NCBI GenBank assembly: GCA_028534125.1
Contig: CM052817.1
Location: forward strand, 92,568,001 to 92,632,000
DNA: 64,000 bases
Source of the DNA: Lama glama
Taxonomy: Eukaryota
Reading direction: 5' to 3'
The notes under the pieces are model-generated. The model was not told the origin of the DNA and ran no database searches. It saw nothing but the letters and a program-made list of their open reading frames with translations. The position numbers and the translations under genes are program-made. Numbering within the stretch: position 1 is the stretch's first letter; the number at the start of each line of letters is the position of its first letter. This document shows positions 23,601-37,729 of this stretch, in pieces.

Positions 23601-26357
23601 TAAAATGTGAAATTAATAATAAAAACCAAAACAAACTTACAAAAATTTGCTTTGAGAATAAGTTTGGACACCAAGAGGAAACAAGAAAAAGATTTAAGTC
23701 CTTAGCTATTTTCTGGTTTTTTGAAGGAGTTAGGCACATTCTTTCCTGGAAATCTGGGCTTCCACTATGGTATTGAGTTGTAATAATCTATAGTAAAAGG
23801 ACATTGCAAAGAACCAGAGAAACTACAAGGAGTTCATGGCAGCTTGCCAGTCCCCTACTATTAACTGCTCCCTTACTAATGTGTGGCTTTGTTTAAAATA
23901 GAAAAGAAAAGAAAAAGAACAATCAAATGTGCCTGAACTAGAAATAACACAAAGAGAACCTAATTAATCCAACTGGTTCTTCAGTAAAATAGATGAGTAG
24001 TTTTAACTTTCAAATCATTCTCATTGGTTTTGAACCCAAGGATTGTCTCAAAGCACTTAAAGCATTCAGCAGATGCCTAGATAAGATAAGAGTAAATGAC
24101 ATCACAGTCTTTGTATCCCCTGAGATCTCCTACTCCCCTCTTCCACATGGAAAAATTCAACTTCAGTAGGGTTCTGATGACCCACCTTGGAGCAATCAGT
24201 GGGTTTACTACTTAGTGAGCATATTTGATTGAAGCAAAATTTTGAGGGCAGTAAATTTGACTTTGCCAACTCTGACCCTCATTCCTACATGTTTCTACCT
24301 TTCCTGCTTTTTCACCTTCACAGGGGTGTATTTCCCTCCCTATCCTCACCCCTCTCACAATAAGCCCTCTACTTTGTCATCAGGGTCTTGCCACCCTTGG
24401 AAATACTATGGAGTCTTAGGAACTTTATTTCTGCCCAGTCTCCCCACCCCAACTTCCCAGCTGCACTGTCCACTTCTTCGTGGCACAGCTCTCCCGGAAA
24501 TAAGGGCATGAAGGCTGCAGAGTGCTAGTCTTACTAGCCATTCCATTGCTCCCTAGCCTCAGGAGTGGTCGGGCCAGTAGAAAATTCAGTTCTAGTTTCA
24601 GCAGAGAAAATTCACCCGGCAGATTAATAAAATGCTAAAGAAGCCAACTTCTTCCCTTGCCTTCTAGCTGAAGGTAACATGTTAACAAGAACCTTTTTTT
24701 TTTTTTTAATGCCCAAATCTTCCCTGGACAACCTGGAAGGCCAATAGTTCTAGAAGAGTATTTGGGATTTCTGGTACCCAGTGAGGCAGAAAGAGAGGGT
24801 GGCCAGCTGGGATAGGGAAGAGTAATATTGTTTCAAAGATCCATTTCTTTGCAGTAGCTTTGATATCTATATAGAGACCTCCTCGGTAGATCTGAGTTGC
24901 TAACCCATCTGGAAAAACCAGATCAATGAGTCACCACCACAACGATCTACTCTGCAAGTAATGGAGCTAATGGATGATACAGAAGCCACAGTTTGGTTCT
25001 TTCAGCTTTAAGTGGCTGAACAGGTCTGCAGCCAGGACCATCCATGTATCTATATTGTGATTTGAGGGGAAGGATCCTTCAAAGTAGCTCCAATGTCTAA
25101 CAATTCTACCTTGCCTCCATTCAGTGGATCAGCCCACCTGCTGAATTCTGAGATGCTCTGGAAATCAAAACTGAGTAAAGCCTTATTTCTCCTCATGTTA
25201 GAGGAACTGACCAGACGACCTCTGTCCAATCTGTGTTCCTGGAATGACAGAAGGAAAGAAAACAGCTACTACCTCTCAAGGCGAGAAAAATGAAGGAAGG
25301 TGTTAGTAGAGATTTATTTTCTGATTAACTGTTATTGAAGAGGGCACGTTTTAATGGTTGGGGAAGAGTGACGAGGTAGAGAGATTAGATCACAAAGAAG
25401 GGTGAGTAAACACTTTGCCTGCTTCACTCTCACCCAACAGCAAGTTCCCCCAGGCCAAGACTGTGACGTCGTTGTCGTATTCCGAGGCTTAGCACTGGGG
25501 CCTCTGTACATGCCCAACAAGGGAACGCTTACATGACTCCTGAATGTCTAAACTTCAGAAAAGTTGCAAGCTTTAGGAAGAAAAGGACCTTGAGACACCC
25601 CAACTACAGTTACATTGAGCTTTTCATTTGTTACACAAGGAAACTGAAGCTCAGAAAAAAGAAGGAACTTGACTTGGAAGTTGATATTATTTAGGAGACT
25701 ATTAGGATCTCAAATCTATTTTTTTTTAGGGTCTCAAATCTTGATTGCAATTTTTTCTTCTTACTCCATGCATTGTCACATTTGTCTCAATAATTAAAAT
25801 AATTCATATTTACATAATGGTTTCATGGCCAGTATCTGTCACTGTGATCTGGGTGTTAGGATTCACTGATTGGCTGGAACTGAGAGGCACATGCTTACCC
25901 TGGGGAGGTGGTGATAGAGGGAGGGTCAGTCCCTAAAGCAAATCAGAGAACTGTTATCAGAATAAGGTGACCAAAAAATAAAAATAAAGTGACAGGAGTC
26001 AGGGCAAGCCTGCACAACAGAGGTCTATGAGACAACCTACTTTTGACAACTTGTTTTTTAATGACCATATCTTCTTGGTTATAATTTTCTATTACATAAA
26101 TATAACATATCTTGTTTTGTTTAATGCTAAGAAACCTAGTAGATTGATCTTGTTTAGAAAAGGAGAGAGAGAGAGGTTACCGTAAGACTTACATAGGCTA
26201 AATTGGGACCAGAGACCCTCAGGAAGTTCTGGGACCAGCTGTGTCTCTGTCTCTGTCTCTGTCTCTCTCACTCTCTCTGAATCTCTGCTTCTTTATATAC
26301 AATACATTTGTTCTACTGTCATTTCTCTATCAACCAATTTCTTTTCCTTATCTATAG

Positions 26358-26857
26358 NNNNNNNNNNNNNNNNNNNNNNNNNNNNNNNNNNNNNNNNNNN
26401 NNNNNNNNNNNNNNNNNNNNNNNNNNNNNNNNNNNNNNNNNNNNNNNNNNNNNNNNNNNNNNNNNNNNNNNNNNNNNNNNNNNNNNNNNNNNNNNNNNNN
26501 NNNNNNNNNNNNNNNNNNNNNNNNNNNNNNNNNNNNNNNNNNNNNNNNNNNNNNNNNNNNNNNNNNNNNNNNNNNNNNNNNNNNNNNNNNNNNNNNNNNN
26601 NNNNNNNNNNNNNNNNNNNNNNNNNNNNNNNNNNNNNNNNNNNNNNNNNNNNNNNNNNNNNNNNNNNNNNNNNNNNNNNNNNNNNNNNNNNNNNNNNNNN
26701 NNNNNNNNNNNNNNNNNNNNNNNNNNNNNNNNNNNNNNNNNNNNNNNNNNNNNNNNNNNNNNNNNNNNNNNNNNNNNNNNNNNNNNNNNNNNNNNNNNNN
26801 NNNNNNNNNNNNNNNNNNNNNNNNNNNNNNNNNNNNNNNNNNNNNNNNNNNNNNNNN
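26358..26857. other. Assembly gap (500 N)
   Basis: Run of N. Confidence 1.
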
Positions 26858-27497
26858 GAGATATCACCTCACACCTGTTAGAATGACTGTTACCAAAAAG
26901 ACAAGAAATAACAAGTGTTAGCAAGGATGTGGAGAAAAGGGAACTGTTGTGGACTCTTACTGGGAATGTATACTATAGAAGGCAGTATGGAAGTTCCTCA
27001 AAAAGTTAAAATTAGAACTACCGTATGACCCAACAATTGTAGTTCCTCCAGGTATTTATCCAAAGGAAACAAAAACACTAATTTGAAAAGTTGTATGAAA
27101 CCCCACATTCACTATAGCATTACTTATAATAGTCAAGATATGGAAACAACCTAAGAGTTCATTAATGAATGAATGGATAAAGAAGTGTGGTATATATATA
27201 TATACAAGCGTATATTACTCAGCCATGAAAAAAAATGAAACCTTGCCATTTGCACCACCATGCATGAAACTTGAAGGCGTTATGCTAAATGAAATAAGTC
27301 AGATAGAGAAAGACAAACATTGTATGATTTCTCTTATATGTGAAATATAAAAAACAAATTAACTAAACCCAAGTTCATAGATCCAGAGAGCAAATTATTA
27401 GTACAGATAAGCAAAATGTGGAGGGTAGCTGATAGGAGAAATGGCTGAACTGTGGGGCGTTTTCAGTTTAACTAAAATTAATTTAAAAAATTTTTTA
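26858..27497 (+). mobile_element. L1 ORF2 C-terminus and 3'UTR (L1MA-like)
   Basis: gagatatcacctcacacctgttagaatg...ggatgtggagaaaagggaac...atgctaaatgaaataagtcagatagagaaagacaaa. Confidence 0.9.
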
Positions 27498-28829
27498 ATG
27501 ACTTAAGGAGAAAAAATTGCAATTTTCTTTTCAGAATAAGATAACTCAGCTGTCTTTCTTTTATACTGACAACATTCTCATTAGAGAAATACTGTATTCT
27601 ATCTTGAATCTCAGATCTTCAACATTTTTAAGATACATTTAATAAATGACTTAAAAGAAGGAATATGTAGGCACCAGTACTAATACGAAAGGACAACTTA
27701 CTACCGAAATCCTCTAATTTATCTATTATATTTAAACCCCTTACCTTTTGAATTCCAGCCTCTCAGAGCTTCCAAATAAGATTACAGATTATAAAACATA
27801 TATGATCTGGAAGTCAAACATCTTTGAAAAACTTTAAATATAGAACATTAAGTGAAACAATGCACTTATTCACTGCACCAAAGGAGAGATATCAGAGCTC
27901 TGATCACTTAATAACCAAAGGGTAAGCGTGAGAGGTGGCCGTTGAACCACCTTTATCAGAATTGAGAAAAAGGCAAAAAATGACTCGCTCTGTATCTGTC
28001 CCAAGGCTGTCATCACTCTCTTTAGGCATTTATCACTGACGTTTCTTTTACAGAATGTATGGCCCTTCCATGATATCTTTTATTTCTTCTATAAAATACA
28101 GACCTAAATAGGCATTTTCATCATAAAATTGTACTGGTGAGAAATTTTGCCTTTTTTTCTTTTTTTTTTTTTTTTTGTCACTTGCAATCCTCTTATAGGC
28201 TGTGAAATGCAATCTTCCATAAAAAGAGATGTGTTAAATCACACTGATTTTCTATTCCAATGAAAATTACAGTTTGCTTTTAATGGGAATGACTCAGTCA
28301 ATCAGATTGGAAGCTGAGACATTCTGTCCCTGAATGAAACTTAAAAAAAAATAATAATTTCCCCTTTCTTCCCTTGCACAGAGCCATCCCTCACTCACCT
28401 AAAGAACACTGAAAGGCACATATTGAAAACAAAAATGAATACCTACTGAATGTCTCTTTCTCTACAAACTGTGGCCTTGGGTTTTAACACAAAATCTAAA
28501 TTTAAAAACCTTTCGAAAGAAATGAGAAAATCTATCTCAGATGTGCCAATAGAAAATCACAGAATTCTAAATAAAGATAGTTGGTTGGTGGTTAGATGAA
28601 ACAGTGTTGCATGAGAGATTTCAATGGCTCAAATTAACTCTATGTAACTATCCTTATAGCTGCAGTGAGACCCCCTGAAGCTGGTGCCAGATCATACACT
28701 GGCTTTACCAGATTGTGGAACAAGTAACCATCTATATTGTAAGCTGTGTGGGTGTTTTGCATGTGTGTGTGTTTGTGTGTGTAAGGGGGTCACATGAACT
28801 ATTCTATAAATTTAAACATCTCCAATTAA

Positions 28830-29660
28830 CATTCCTCCTGATGTTTAATGTTTAATTGCAGAAGTAAATCACATGGATTATGGAAAAATTAGAAAATACA
28901 GATAAACAAAAAGAAAAAAAAAAGTATAAATCCAGAGTGTGTGATTTTCTTTCCAAACAGACATGAGTTCACACTACACATAAACTTTTGTAATGTGCTT
29001 TGGCTGCATAACAATACTGCAGACACAACCGCAGATTCTTTACAATGAACATTTATAGAACTAATTTTTTTGACGGCATGTTATTTAATTATGTGGTAGA
29101 TCTTCATTTATTTAACTTGTCTGCCATAATTTTTTGCATCTTTAAAATATTATATAGGTGTCTGTGATGGACGTTTGACTATGTATCTTTGTATATTTGT
29201 CTAACTATTTTCTTAGTGTAGACTCCTAAAAGTAGAATTTCGGGGCCATCTAGAGTGCACATTTGTAATGCTCTTCACGCACATTGGCAAATCATTCCCC
29301 GGAAAGCTGTATCTACTCTTTTCTGCAGCACCTATTACTCCACAACCCTATCTAATATCTTTCATGAAAGTATCTTTCACTGTTATTTGGGGTGGAACAT
29401 AGTAACATGGCTTTGCACTTTTATTACATTTTAGGGCTTTCAGCAGACACAGTAATACTTCTTTTTCCAAGAATAAAATAGTTTTATTTTTTAGATTACA
29501 AAAAGAATAAATGTTTATTATAAAAAATGAACATAACAGAAAAGTATAGCAAGAAAATAAAATTTTCCAAAATATCTCCAGTTAGTGATAACAATTGCCT
29601 CTTTGGTAAGCATCTTTCCAAACATCAATCTGTGCATATTAACATACACGGACAAAGAGA
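28830..29660 (-). mobile_element. L1ME-like fragments
   Basis: aaaattagaaaatacagataa, tagactcctaaaagtagaatt, cattggcaaatcattcccc; highly diverged. Confidence 0.5.
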
Positions 29661-31519
29661 TATCCTTTATTCCCATGGCTAAGTGCTATTTTGAGGCAAC
29701 ATGGCTTTGCATCTGCGTTCCAAAGATTTCTTTGATGCTTCTTTACTCTGCAGAGTTAACTGAAGATCAGGACTGCAATTACGGCCTCTTTCTCTCACAG
29801 TGAACAAGGGCAGGTCCGGATGAGGGAAGATCTGTTTATGTTCCACTCCCTTGTGTATGTGTAGACTAGGCCCTGAAAAGAATTGTGATAATATATGAAA
29901 AGGTCAGTGGTTACGCCAGGATCTTGCTCAAACGTGGAAGAGAAACGGGATGATGCAAATGACTCTGAACTCCCCCCTCTAAGATATGCAGGGTTCCTAT
30001 GTAAAATCTGTGGTGACCTCCCCTCTGCAGCTGCTGGTGCTGACACAAGGTTTCCTAAACTATGGGGGCCCAGGGGCACCCGGCAGCAGGGCCACCTACG
30101 AGCAGAGCTGCTTCACACTGTTTTGATGAATCGAAGATGTTTTGAAAACTGATGCCTTCTAGAACGTCTTTGTACAGTTAAAAATAGAGGCTTTCAATGC
30201 CGCTTTATATTCTTCCCTAGGTTTTTCGTGTCAGCTGTGGTTTTGTCAACATGGTAGGTTCATGGGAATTGATCTCCCTCCGTGACAAGGGGGTCCTATA
30301 CGTGATAGTCAGGGTGAACCTCTGTCTCTTTGGCTGCTCATCATCTGAACGCTCTTCCTGTTCTCAGGGAAGCCCCTCCAAAGACAGCTGGATGTTCTCA
30401 GCCGGGACTGGCTGATAAACCACCGAGGTGTAGCTGGATCCACACTCCAGCCCTGGAGTCGATCACACCACATCCTTTTGGTATGACTTCTCCTTGTCCT
30501 AGTCAGCACAACCCTTCCAGGCCTGCCAGCAACTTTTATTCTTCCTGGTGATGGGCTGGGATGGACCAAGGGAGGACAGACACTTCTGGACTCTTCTCTG
30601 CCTCTCCCGGTTAGGTCAGCCCTCCCACCACAGACACGGTTCAGCTCCACTTCCCGTTACAGCGGCTTCAACGTGGTGCGGTGTGTGTGCTGATGAGGCG
30701 GTGGGGGTTCAGCCTGGGGACGCCTTCTCACTGAGACACATGGCTTCACTTGCAGGAGAGGTCCGAGTTCTCCTTCTGTTGTAGCTTAACTTATAGCAGA
30801 AACTCTGCTGTCAGAGTTAAAGGTTTGGTTTGCAATCTAGATTAAGCCAGGAAGCCTAGAGTGATCTCCTCAAGATTTTGAAGATGCCTCCATCTCAGGG
30901 AGAATATCAGAGGACAAAGTCAGAAGATCTGTCTTCCACAGTATGTAAAGTACAAGATTTCTTAAGGAGAAAAATCTAGAAGTGCACTATTATATTGCTA
31001 AAGACGTATCAGGTGAATGCTAGCTTCCTTCAAAATTGAAATGTGAGTGTTCATACCTACAGCAGACGCTGTCAGAGCAAAATGAAATGTGCTGTGCGCC
31101 TCACGTGGCTAACTGTGAGCTTGTGACTAATCTAAGCATTCCTCTTGACACGAGGCAGATGATACATCATGAAGAACTAGGGATCCGTTCCTTCCTGGTA
31201 GTTTCAATACAATGAAGCAAGAGGATAAAAAAGGGAAGTAAAAGAGGAAGCCAAGTATACGATCCATTTTTTTGAACGTATGCCTTCGGTTTCATGTACT
31301 GTACTTTTTGTCTTGTATGTAAGCGTGAGAAAGGAAGTGTGATGTGGAATCTGAACCGGCTTCTCTTTTCAGTTGGTCATTACTTTATAAATAAGAGCGT
31401 TTCTGTGCCTTGGTTCATCTCTCAGCAAGAAGGAGGAAGATATGTGACTGACACTGACTGTCCTGTGCCTGCCCCAGTGCTGGCATCTTACCTCTGATGT
31501 CACTGACTCGGAGCAGCAG

Positions 31520-31830
31520 GACCAGTCGTGTTAAGGGTGGACTCTGGAAACATGCTCCCTGTTTGGAATCCTGGTTGGGCCACTTACATTTGTGACTTTG
31601 GGCAAATTCACTACTATTCCTAGCAACTCACACCCATTGAGCTTTCTCCCCGTACTAGGCACTATGTCAAGTGCTTTTCTTATTTGTTTATTTTGATCCT
31701 CACAACACACTTGTAATAAGGTATTATTATTTTGAAGACATTGCCGTAAAGAGAAGTTAAGGGAGGGGGAATGGTGTAAAGACTAAAAACATCTAGTTCT
31801 AAAGCAATGCTGCTTGTGTTCACATTCCAC
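31520..31830. mobile_element. Adjacent MIR fragments in opposite orientations
   Basis: gactctgg...aatcctgg...ccacttac..tgtgactttgggcaa, then taggcactatgtcaagtgcttt...gatcctcacaaca...aggtattattat. Confidence 0.6.
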
Positions 31831-33934
31831 CTGGACCACTGATCAGCTGTGTCTGCTCTTCACCTCTCTTGAGACACACAGAGCATACTTTGAACAGTGC
31901 TTGGCATCTAGGAAAAGCATAGTAAGTGTCAGGTGTTACTGTGATTCGGGGAAGTGGCAGGTATGCCTGTTTGCAAAGTATGTTTACTGCTTGGGCTTGA
32001 GCATCCAAGAGAAGGAGCAGACATTTGTCTTTAGAGCCCCGATTTGAGGCCAGTCCCTGTACCTCACACACAAGTATGTGTACGTGGGTGCTTAGGGCGA
32101 AGCTCTCTGGTCTGTCCCCACTCCACCAGGGTGTGTGGTCCTCTTTCGGTTCCTCTTTGGGGTCAGGGTGGGGGTGAGTGGGAAGGGGAGGGTACCATGT
32201 CCCTGTGAAGTCTCTGAAGAGCAATCAAGGCTGCAGTAATGAGTGTCATGGAGTGCGCAGTCATGCCCGAGTCCAAGGTCACCAGCATCGTGAGAAGGGG
32301 AGTATCTGTGACATGTAACACACCCGATGGGAAAAAAATAAAACCTCATTAAGTCAGAATTCTGTTTGGGGGCACTCTTTATTTGTGCTCTAAGACTTTG
32401 AAGCCCAACGGTAGGGACCATTCAATAAATAAAGATATCTCTGTTTTATAGCCCTTAGAGTATCCTTTAACTCAAAATTTGTGAACACGGCAAAAAGACT
32501 AGTTTGAAAAGATGAAACTCTCACTCTCGTAATGACAAATTCGTGAAGTATTTATTGGTTCCAATAAAGTGACGAATTGGGTTTGTGTTTAAGCTCATTT
32601 TCAATACTGGTTCTTAGATTTTTAAAAGTAACCTTTGATTATCAAACCAATGAAGACTCGTAAGGGAAGACAGTCACTATAAGGGCAGTTTTTTTTTCAG
32701 TAGAACATAAAGAAATTCATTCATACTTCTCCTTATGAGTTGCTACTCTTCCTAAGACTCTTTAATTTTGAAGAAGCTGTCAGCTATGATGGCCGTAAAT
32801 ACAGAGATCTCTTCCAGAATCAGCCAAGGTCCCCTGCCACTTTGACAATCTAAAGAGTGAAGTCCTTCACTTGGCCATCCCCAGAGCCATTTGGCCACTA
32901 GAGACCCTTGGTCAGGAATGCTCGTCCCCGTTTCTGCATAATGTTGCTATTTCTTTCTTTTCCTCTGCCCACTTCTTCTCCAGGTCTGACCCCCAGCCTA
33001 CTAGGACATAGGTTTGGCCCAAGTGCATGAAAGAATCTTCAGGTGGAGACAATGATCTTGGAAACAAAATGACAACATCATTTGAATGGTTTCCGTGGAT
33101 CTTCTTTGGGGATACTAGATTGAGCATCTCCTAAACAACCTGAATGGTTCAAAATGCAGTGTGCAGTGTGCCCCATCAGACTAGGGTTAGGTCTTCATAG
33201 AAATCACCATGGCCATCTGTTTTGAAGTACGAAAAGGGCCTGTTTAAGGCCAGCTAATAAAGAGAAAGCCTGTCCCCAGGTTTGGCACATAGACTGGTAT
33301 CTGCTTCTTTCTAAAGACAATGCTTTCTGTTTCCAAAGTGAAAATAGATAAACAAATTTTAAATGAACTGATAAGGATAGTCATGTAAAAGTGTGACACA
33401 TCATGATAGTGTGTGCAAAGAAGAATGGCAGCTTGGTAGGACTTGGGAAAAGCTTACTTCTGTAGCTGCCTTGGGCATTTGCAGAAGCTCCATGAATAGC
33501 TCTAGCACCTTTGGCCATCCACTGTTGAAGAGACCATGAGATTATCAGTGTGTCAAAGTGAACCAAGAAATCTAAGTGCATTTGCGATATTCCCCCCTCC
33601 TCCCCTCTGTCTCCCACTGAAGATTTTTTGCTTGTTCCTTGGCCACCAGGCCTGGGGAATACTGAGTGGAGGTAACAAACCAGAGGAATCCAGGTAGATG
33701 CCAGATTCCTCTCTGCAAGAGAAGCCACAGGAAGAAAAATCCAGGAAGGAGGAGAGGTTTGGGAGGAAATAAAGAAACAAGTCAAACATGGGAGGATTTT
33801 TGGACAGTCTTGCTGTGTGCTGTGTTGTGATGGCCTGTCCCTCCCCCAAGAGGAAATATTTTCTGAGATGTAATTGTCTCTTTATGACTCAGAAGTATTT
33901 CAAAATCTATCATTTTAAACAGTTTGAAAATAAC

Positions 33935-34160
33935 TAACAAACAGGCTTACTGCGCACCAGGTATTTCCTAAGTGATTTTAAAATAATTAAGCCCTCATAA
34001 TAACCCCAGGAGGTAGGCACAATAATGTTTCCTACTTTTTCATGGAGGACGTGGAGGCACAGACAAGAAAAATAGCTCAAGTTCACATGGGCAGAAAGGG
34101 ACAAACCTGGGCCTCAAACTCACAGTCTGGCCCCTGACTTTCAGCTTTTAACCATTGTAT
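33935..34160 (-). mobile_element. MIR
   Basis: ccctcataataaccccaggaggtaggca...gaggcacaga...gcttttaaccat. Confidence 0.7.
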
Positions 34161-34943
34161 TATGTTTCTTCTCTTCCTTTTTTACACTGGATTTTCATTA
34201 AACATATACAAATGTATATTATCTCCTTGCTAAAAACAATTAATTATAAACAAACAAAAGCATTCCTGAACAACTCCCCATCTTCAAATTCTGATTCTTT
34301 TTCTCCTTAGAGATAAGCTAGATCTTTTGTCTCCTATGTATTTGTGTGTACATCCGTGTATGTGTGTATACATGTGCACCCAGGCACACACACGTGTTAT
34401 ACACACACACGTATACCTGCACACTTACACATATGTACATATGTAATTGTAGAAGATACATAATACTCTGTGTGTGTGCGCTTTGATTTTATTTTATGTT
34501 TTGTTGTACTCTACAGTGTGTCTCAGAGATCCTTCTAGGTCTACCTATGTTATGGCTGCATTTTGAAAAATTGTTGCATAATATTCCATAATATGGATAT
34601 ATTGTATTTTATTAAAGCACTTTCCCAATGGGAGCTGGACCTTTAGCGCCTCTCGCCCCAACTTTATACTCTTTTAAACAATGCTGCAGTGACCATCTTT
34701 GTATACACGTCTCCTGTATATACATATGAATGTTTTTCTTTTTTAATATAGCCCAGGGCCAGAGGGTTGGGGTCATTCCCAACAAAGCCAGCTTTGCAAG
34801 TGCCAGAGCCATTTGAAAGATTTCTTCCTCCCTTGTGATGGGAGCAGGTGGCAGCCTCAGGATGCAGCACAGCACCCCCTGCAGGAGGACGTGGAACATG
34901 GTTGGCTGTGGCGAGGGAGGCCTACGTATGAGTACTTTTTAAA

Positions 34944-35003
34944 ACAATTTTTAAAATTTCCTTGAAGTATAGTCAGTTTCCAATGTTGTGTCAATCTCTG
35001 GTA
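34944..35003 (-). mobile_element. Extremely 5'-truncated L1 (~60 bp) with 11-bp TSD
   Basis: ttgaagtatagtcagtttccaatgttgtgtcaatctctggta, flanked by TACTTTTTAAA at 34933-34943 and 35004-35014. Confidence 0.8.
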
Positions 35004-35709
35004 TACTTTTTAAAGATAGCTTCTGAAAAGTAGACACACTGGTTACGTACAATTACAGTTTTAGTAGAATTGCCATTTTTGTGTACAGTAGTAGATACAG
35101 GTGTTCCTGAAAAATCTTATTTTCTGGGAAATAATTTTTCCAAAATAATAGCGCCTATGTGAAAAAAGCAGCTAGATCAGACCGCTCAAAATCTAAGCAG
35201 CTTTGTAACCAGAGCACTAACAAAAACAATAACTTTCTTTGCCTCAGTCACCCCTGCTCCAGGCCTGACCTTCAACCCATTGTGATGTAGATTTGGCCTG
35301 GCTGCATAGAATGATCTTCCTGGCGGCCTCATTAAGGCTAGAGGCTGCCCAAAGGAGATACTAAAAATGCACCACAATACTGCACTGGAAATGCTGGATT
35401 ATAAACTCTAACCTGAAACAGCTGGAAGTGAAGCCCTGAGCCGGCGGGGCTGCCTTTAGGGTGGACACAGGAAGTGCAACCTGTCACAAGCCCAGAACTG
35501 GGCAAAGATGGGGAAGCACCTCTCCAGGGAAGAGGGGAGGATGCAGGCACCTATTTTGTCATTAAGTCTGTTTCTACTCTTTCGGCTTTCCTTGCCCAGG
35601 AGAAACTGCATGACCCAACATAACTCCCTCATCACACTGACATCATTGCCCTACCTTTCAGCCATGTAAGAGCTAATGCATGTTATAAAAATATACTGTA
35701 GCTGAGCAG

Positions 35710-36755
35710 ATTTATTAATTGAAGTTGATTTACAATATTATGTTTGTTTCAGGTGTATAGCATAGTGATTCAGTATTTTTACAGATCATCTCCATTAAGA
35801 GTTATTGTAAGATAATGGCTGTAATTCCTTGTGCTGTACAATATATCCTTGTTGCTTATCTATTTTATACATAGTAGTTTGGGTCTCTTAATCCCATACC
35901 CCTAACTTGCCCCCCAACCCCGCCTCCACTGGTAAGACTAGTTAGTTCTCTGTATCTATGTCTTGTCTTGTTCTGTTTGTACTATTTTTTATGCTCCACG
36001 TGTAAGTAATAGCGTACAGTGTTTGTCTTTTTTTGTATGACTTATTTCACTGAGCATAATATTCTCTAGGTCCATGCACATTGCTGCAAATGACAGAAAT
36101 TCATTCTTTTATGGCCAATATTCCATTGTATATAAATTTTGCATCTTCTTTATCTATTGGTCTGTTGATGGACACTTGGGTTTTTTTTTTTGGCTTTATA
36201 ATAGCTTTATTTTTTTAACTTTTTTTATTGAGTTGTAGTCATTTTACAATGTTGTGTCAAATTCCACTGTAGAGCACAATTTTTCAGTTATACATGAACG
36301 TACATGTATTCATTGTCACATTTTTTTCGCTGTGAGCTACCACAAGATCTTGTATATGTTTCCCTGTGCTATACAGTATGATCTTGTTTATCTATTCTGC
36401 ATATGCCTGTCAGTATCTACTAATTTTGAAATCCTAGATGATGGACACTTGAGTTGGTTCCATATCTTGGCAATTGTAAAAGGGGACTGCTGCTATGAAC
36501 ATTGGAGAGCATATATCTTTTCTAATTACTGTTTTCATTTTTTCTGGATAAATATCCAGGAGTGGAATTGAAGGAGCATATGGTAGTTCTATTTTTCGTT
36601 TTTTGAGGAGTCTCCATGCTATTTTCCACAGTGGCTGCACCAATTTACATTTCCACCAACAATGTACGAGGATTCCCTTTCCTCCACATCCTCTCCAAGA
36701 TTTGTTGTTTGTAGACTTTTTGATAATAGCCAGTCTGACAGGAATGGGATGGTAC
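35710..36755 (-). mobile_element. L1 3' region (ORF2 end and 3'UTR), interrupted by a younger L1
   Basis: gttgatttacaat...catagtgattcagt...ttccacagtggctgcaccaatttacatttccaccaacaatgtacgagg. ORF 36434-36808 shows ORF2 C-terminal remnants ([14 protein letters not shown]). Confidence 0.9.
36183..36438 (-). mobile_element. Younger camelid-type L1 3' end nested in an older L1
   Basis: Poly(T), then tttattgagttgtagtcattttacaatgttgtgtcaaattcc. TSD TGATGGACACTTG(G/A)GTT at 36166-36182 and 36439-36455. Confidence 0.85.
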
Positions 36756-37313
36756 CCAGCTGAACAGATTATTGCTAATTTGCTTTCAAAAGCAGTGTCC
36801 ACCTGCACTTTGGGAATTGGATTTATGTTAGAGTTGATGTAACACTCGCTGTGAGAAGCGCAAGTGGACCTGATAGAATCAGGTAACTATAGCAACAGAA
36901 TGATTTATTCTGCATGTTTTCTCTCAAAGTGATGAAACTTAATCCCTCTGGGCCATGAGATTGATTTAGAGGTTTTCTCTTAAATTGTCTCACTTTTTGT
37001 TTTCTTGCTTTTAAGTTAAAATGTTCTCTTACTCTTTTCCAAACTGAAGGTGAGCCTCTTCAACAGAAAAGACAGAACAAAGTAAGGACTGAATATTCCT
37101 GTTTTTTTTTTTTTGTGACATTGACTTTATGTTGCCAATGACAATCTTGATCTATAATAAGATACTGACAAAAAATAGGAGACATTAAAAATGTCTGTTT
37201 TTTTCAAGAAAGAATACAGCAGTGCAAGTGGGAAATGATTATCAGCATATTTCTAAGGAGGCAGAATATGAATGTATTGCAGAGTAGGGCAGAGACCGTC
37301 AGCTGTTCCTTAG

Positions 37314-37721
37314 TGTTATGGGTTGAATTGTGTCTCCCCAGAATTCATCTGTGGGCGTCCCAACCCTCGGTACCTCAGAATGTGGCCACACTCAGAGACA
37401 GGATCTTTACCAAGATAAGCAAGTTAAAGTGAGGGCATTAGAGGCGGCTGTAATTCCACACAACTGGTGTCCTTATAAAAAGGAGAAATTTTGGACATAG
37501 AGATGTGTGTCTGGAGAGGAGACTGTGAAGAGACACAGGGAGAAGACAGCCGAGTACAAGTCAAGGAGAGAGGCCTGGAGCAGATTTTTTGTCACCCTTA
37601 GACAGAACCAAACCCGCTTGGTTTCAGACTTCTAGCCCCTAGAGCTGGGAGACAGTCAGTTCTTGGTGCTAAACCGTGTGCTTTGGGGTACTTTGTTATA
37701 TAGCCCTAGTAAACATATACA
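37314..37721 (+). mobile_element. MaLR LTR (MLT1A/B-like)
   Basis: TGTTATGGGTTGAATTGTGTCTCCCC...ggtgtccttataaaaaggaga...ttcagacttctagcc...tactttgttatatagccctagtaaacatatacA. Confidence 0.85.
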
Positions 37722-37729
37722 TCCCATAA

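Noticed and set aside
26308..26924. 190-192 aa ORFs, and the 83 aa ORF at 7781
   Set aside because: They are artefacts of reading through N gaps.
29895..30152. CKICGD motif resembling the start of a nuclear-receptor zinc finger
   Set aside because: The following HYG and CxxC residues are absent, so this is a chance hexapeptide.
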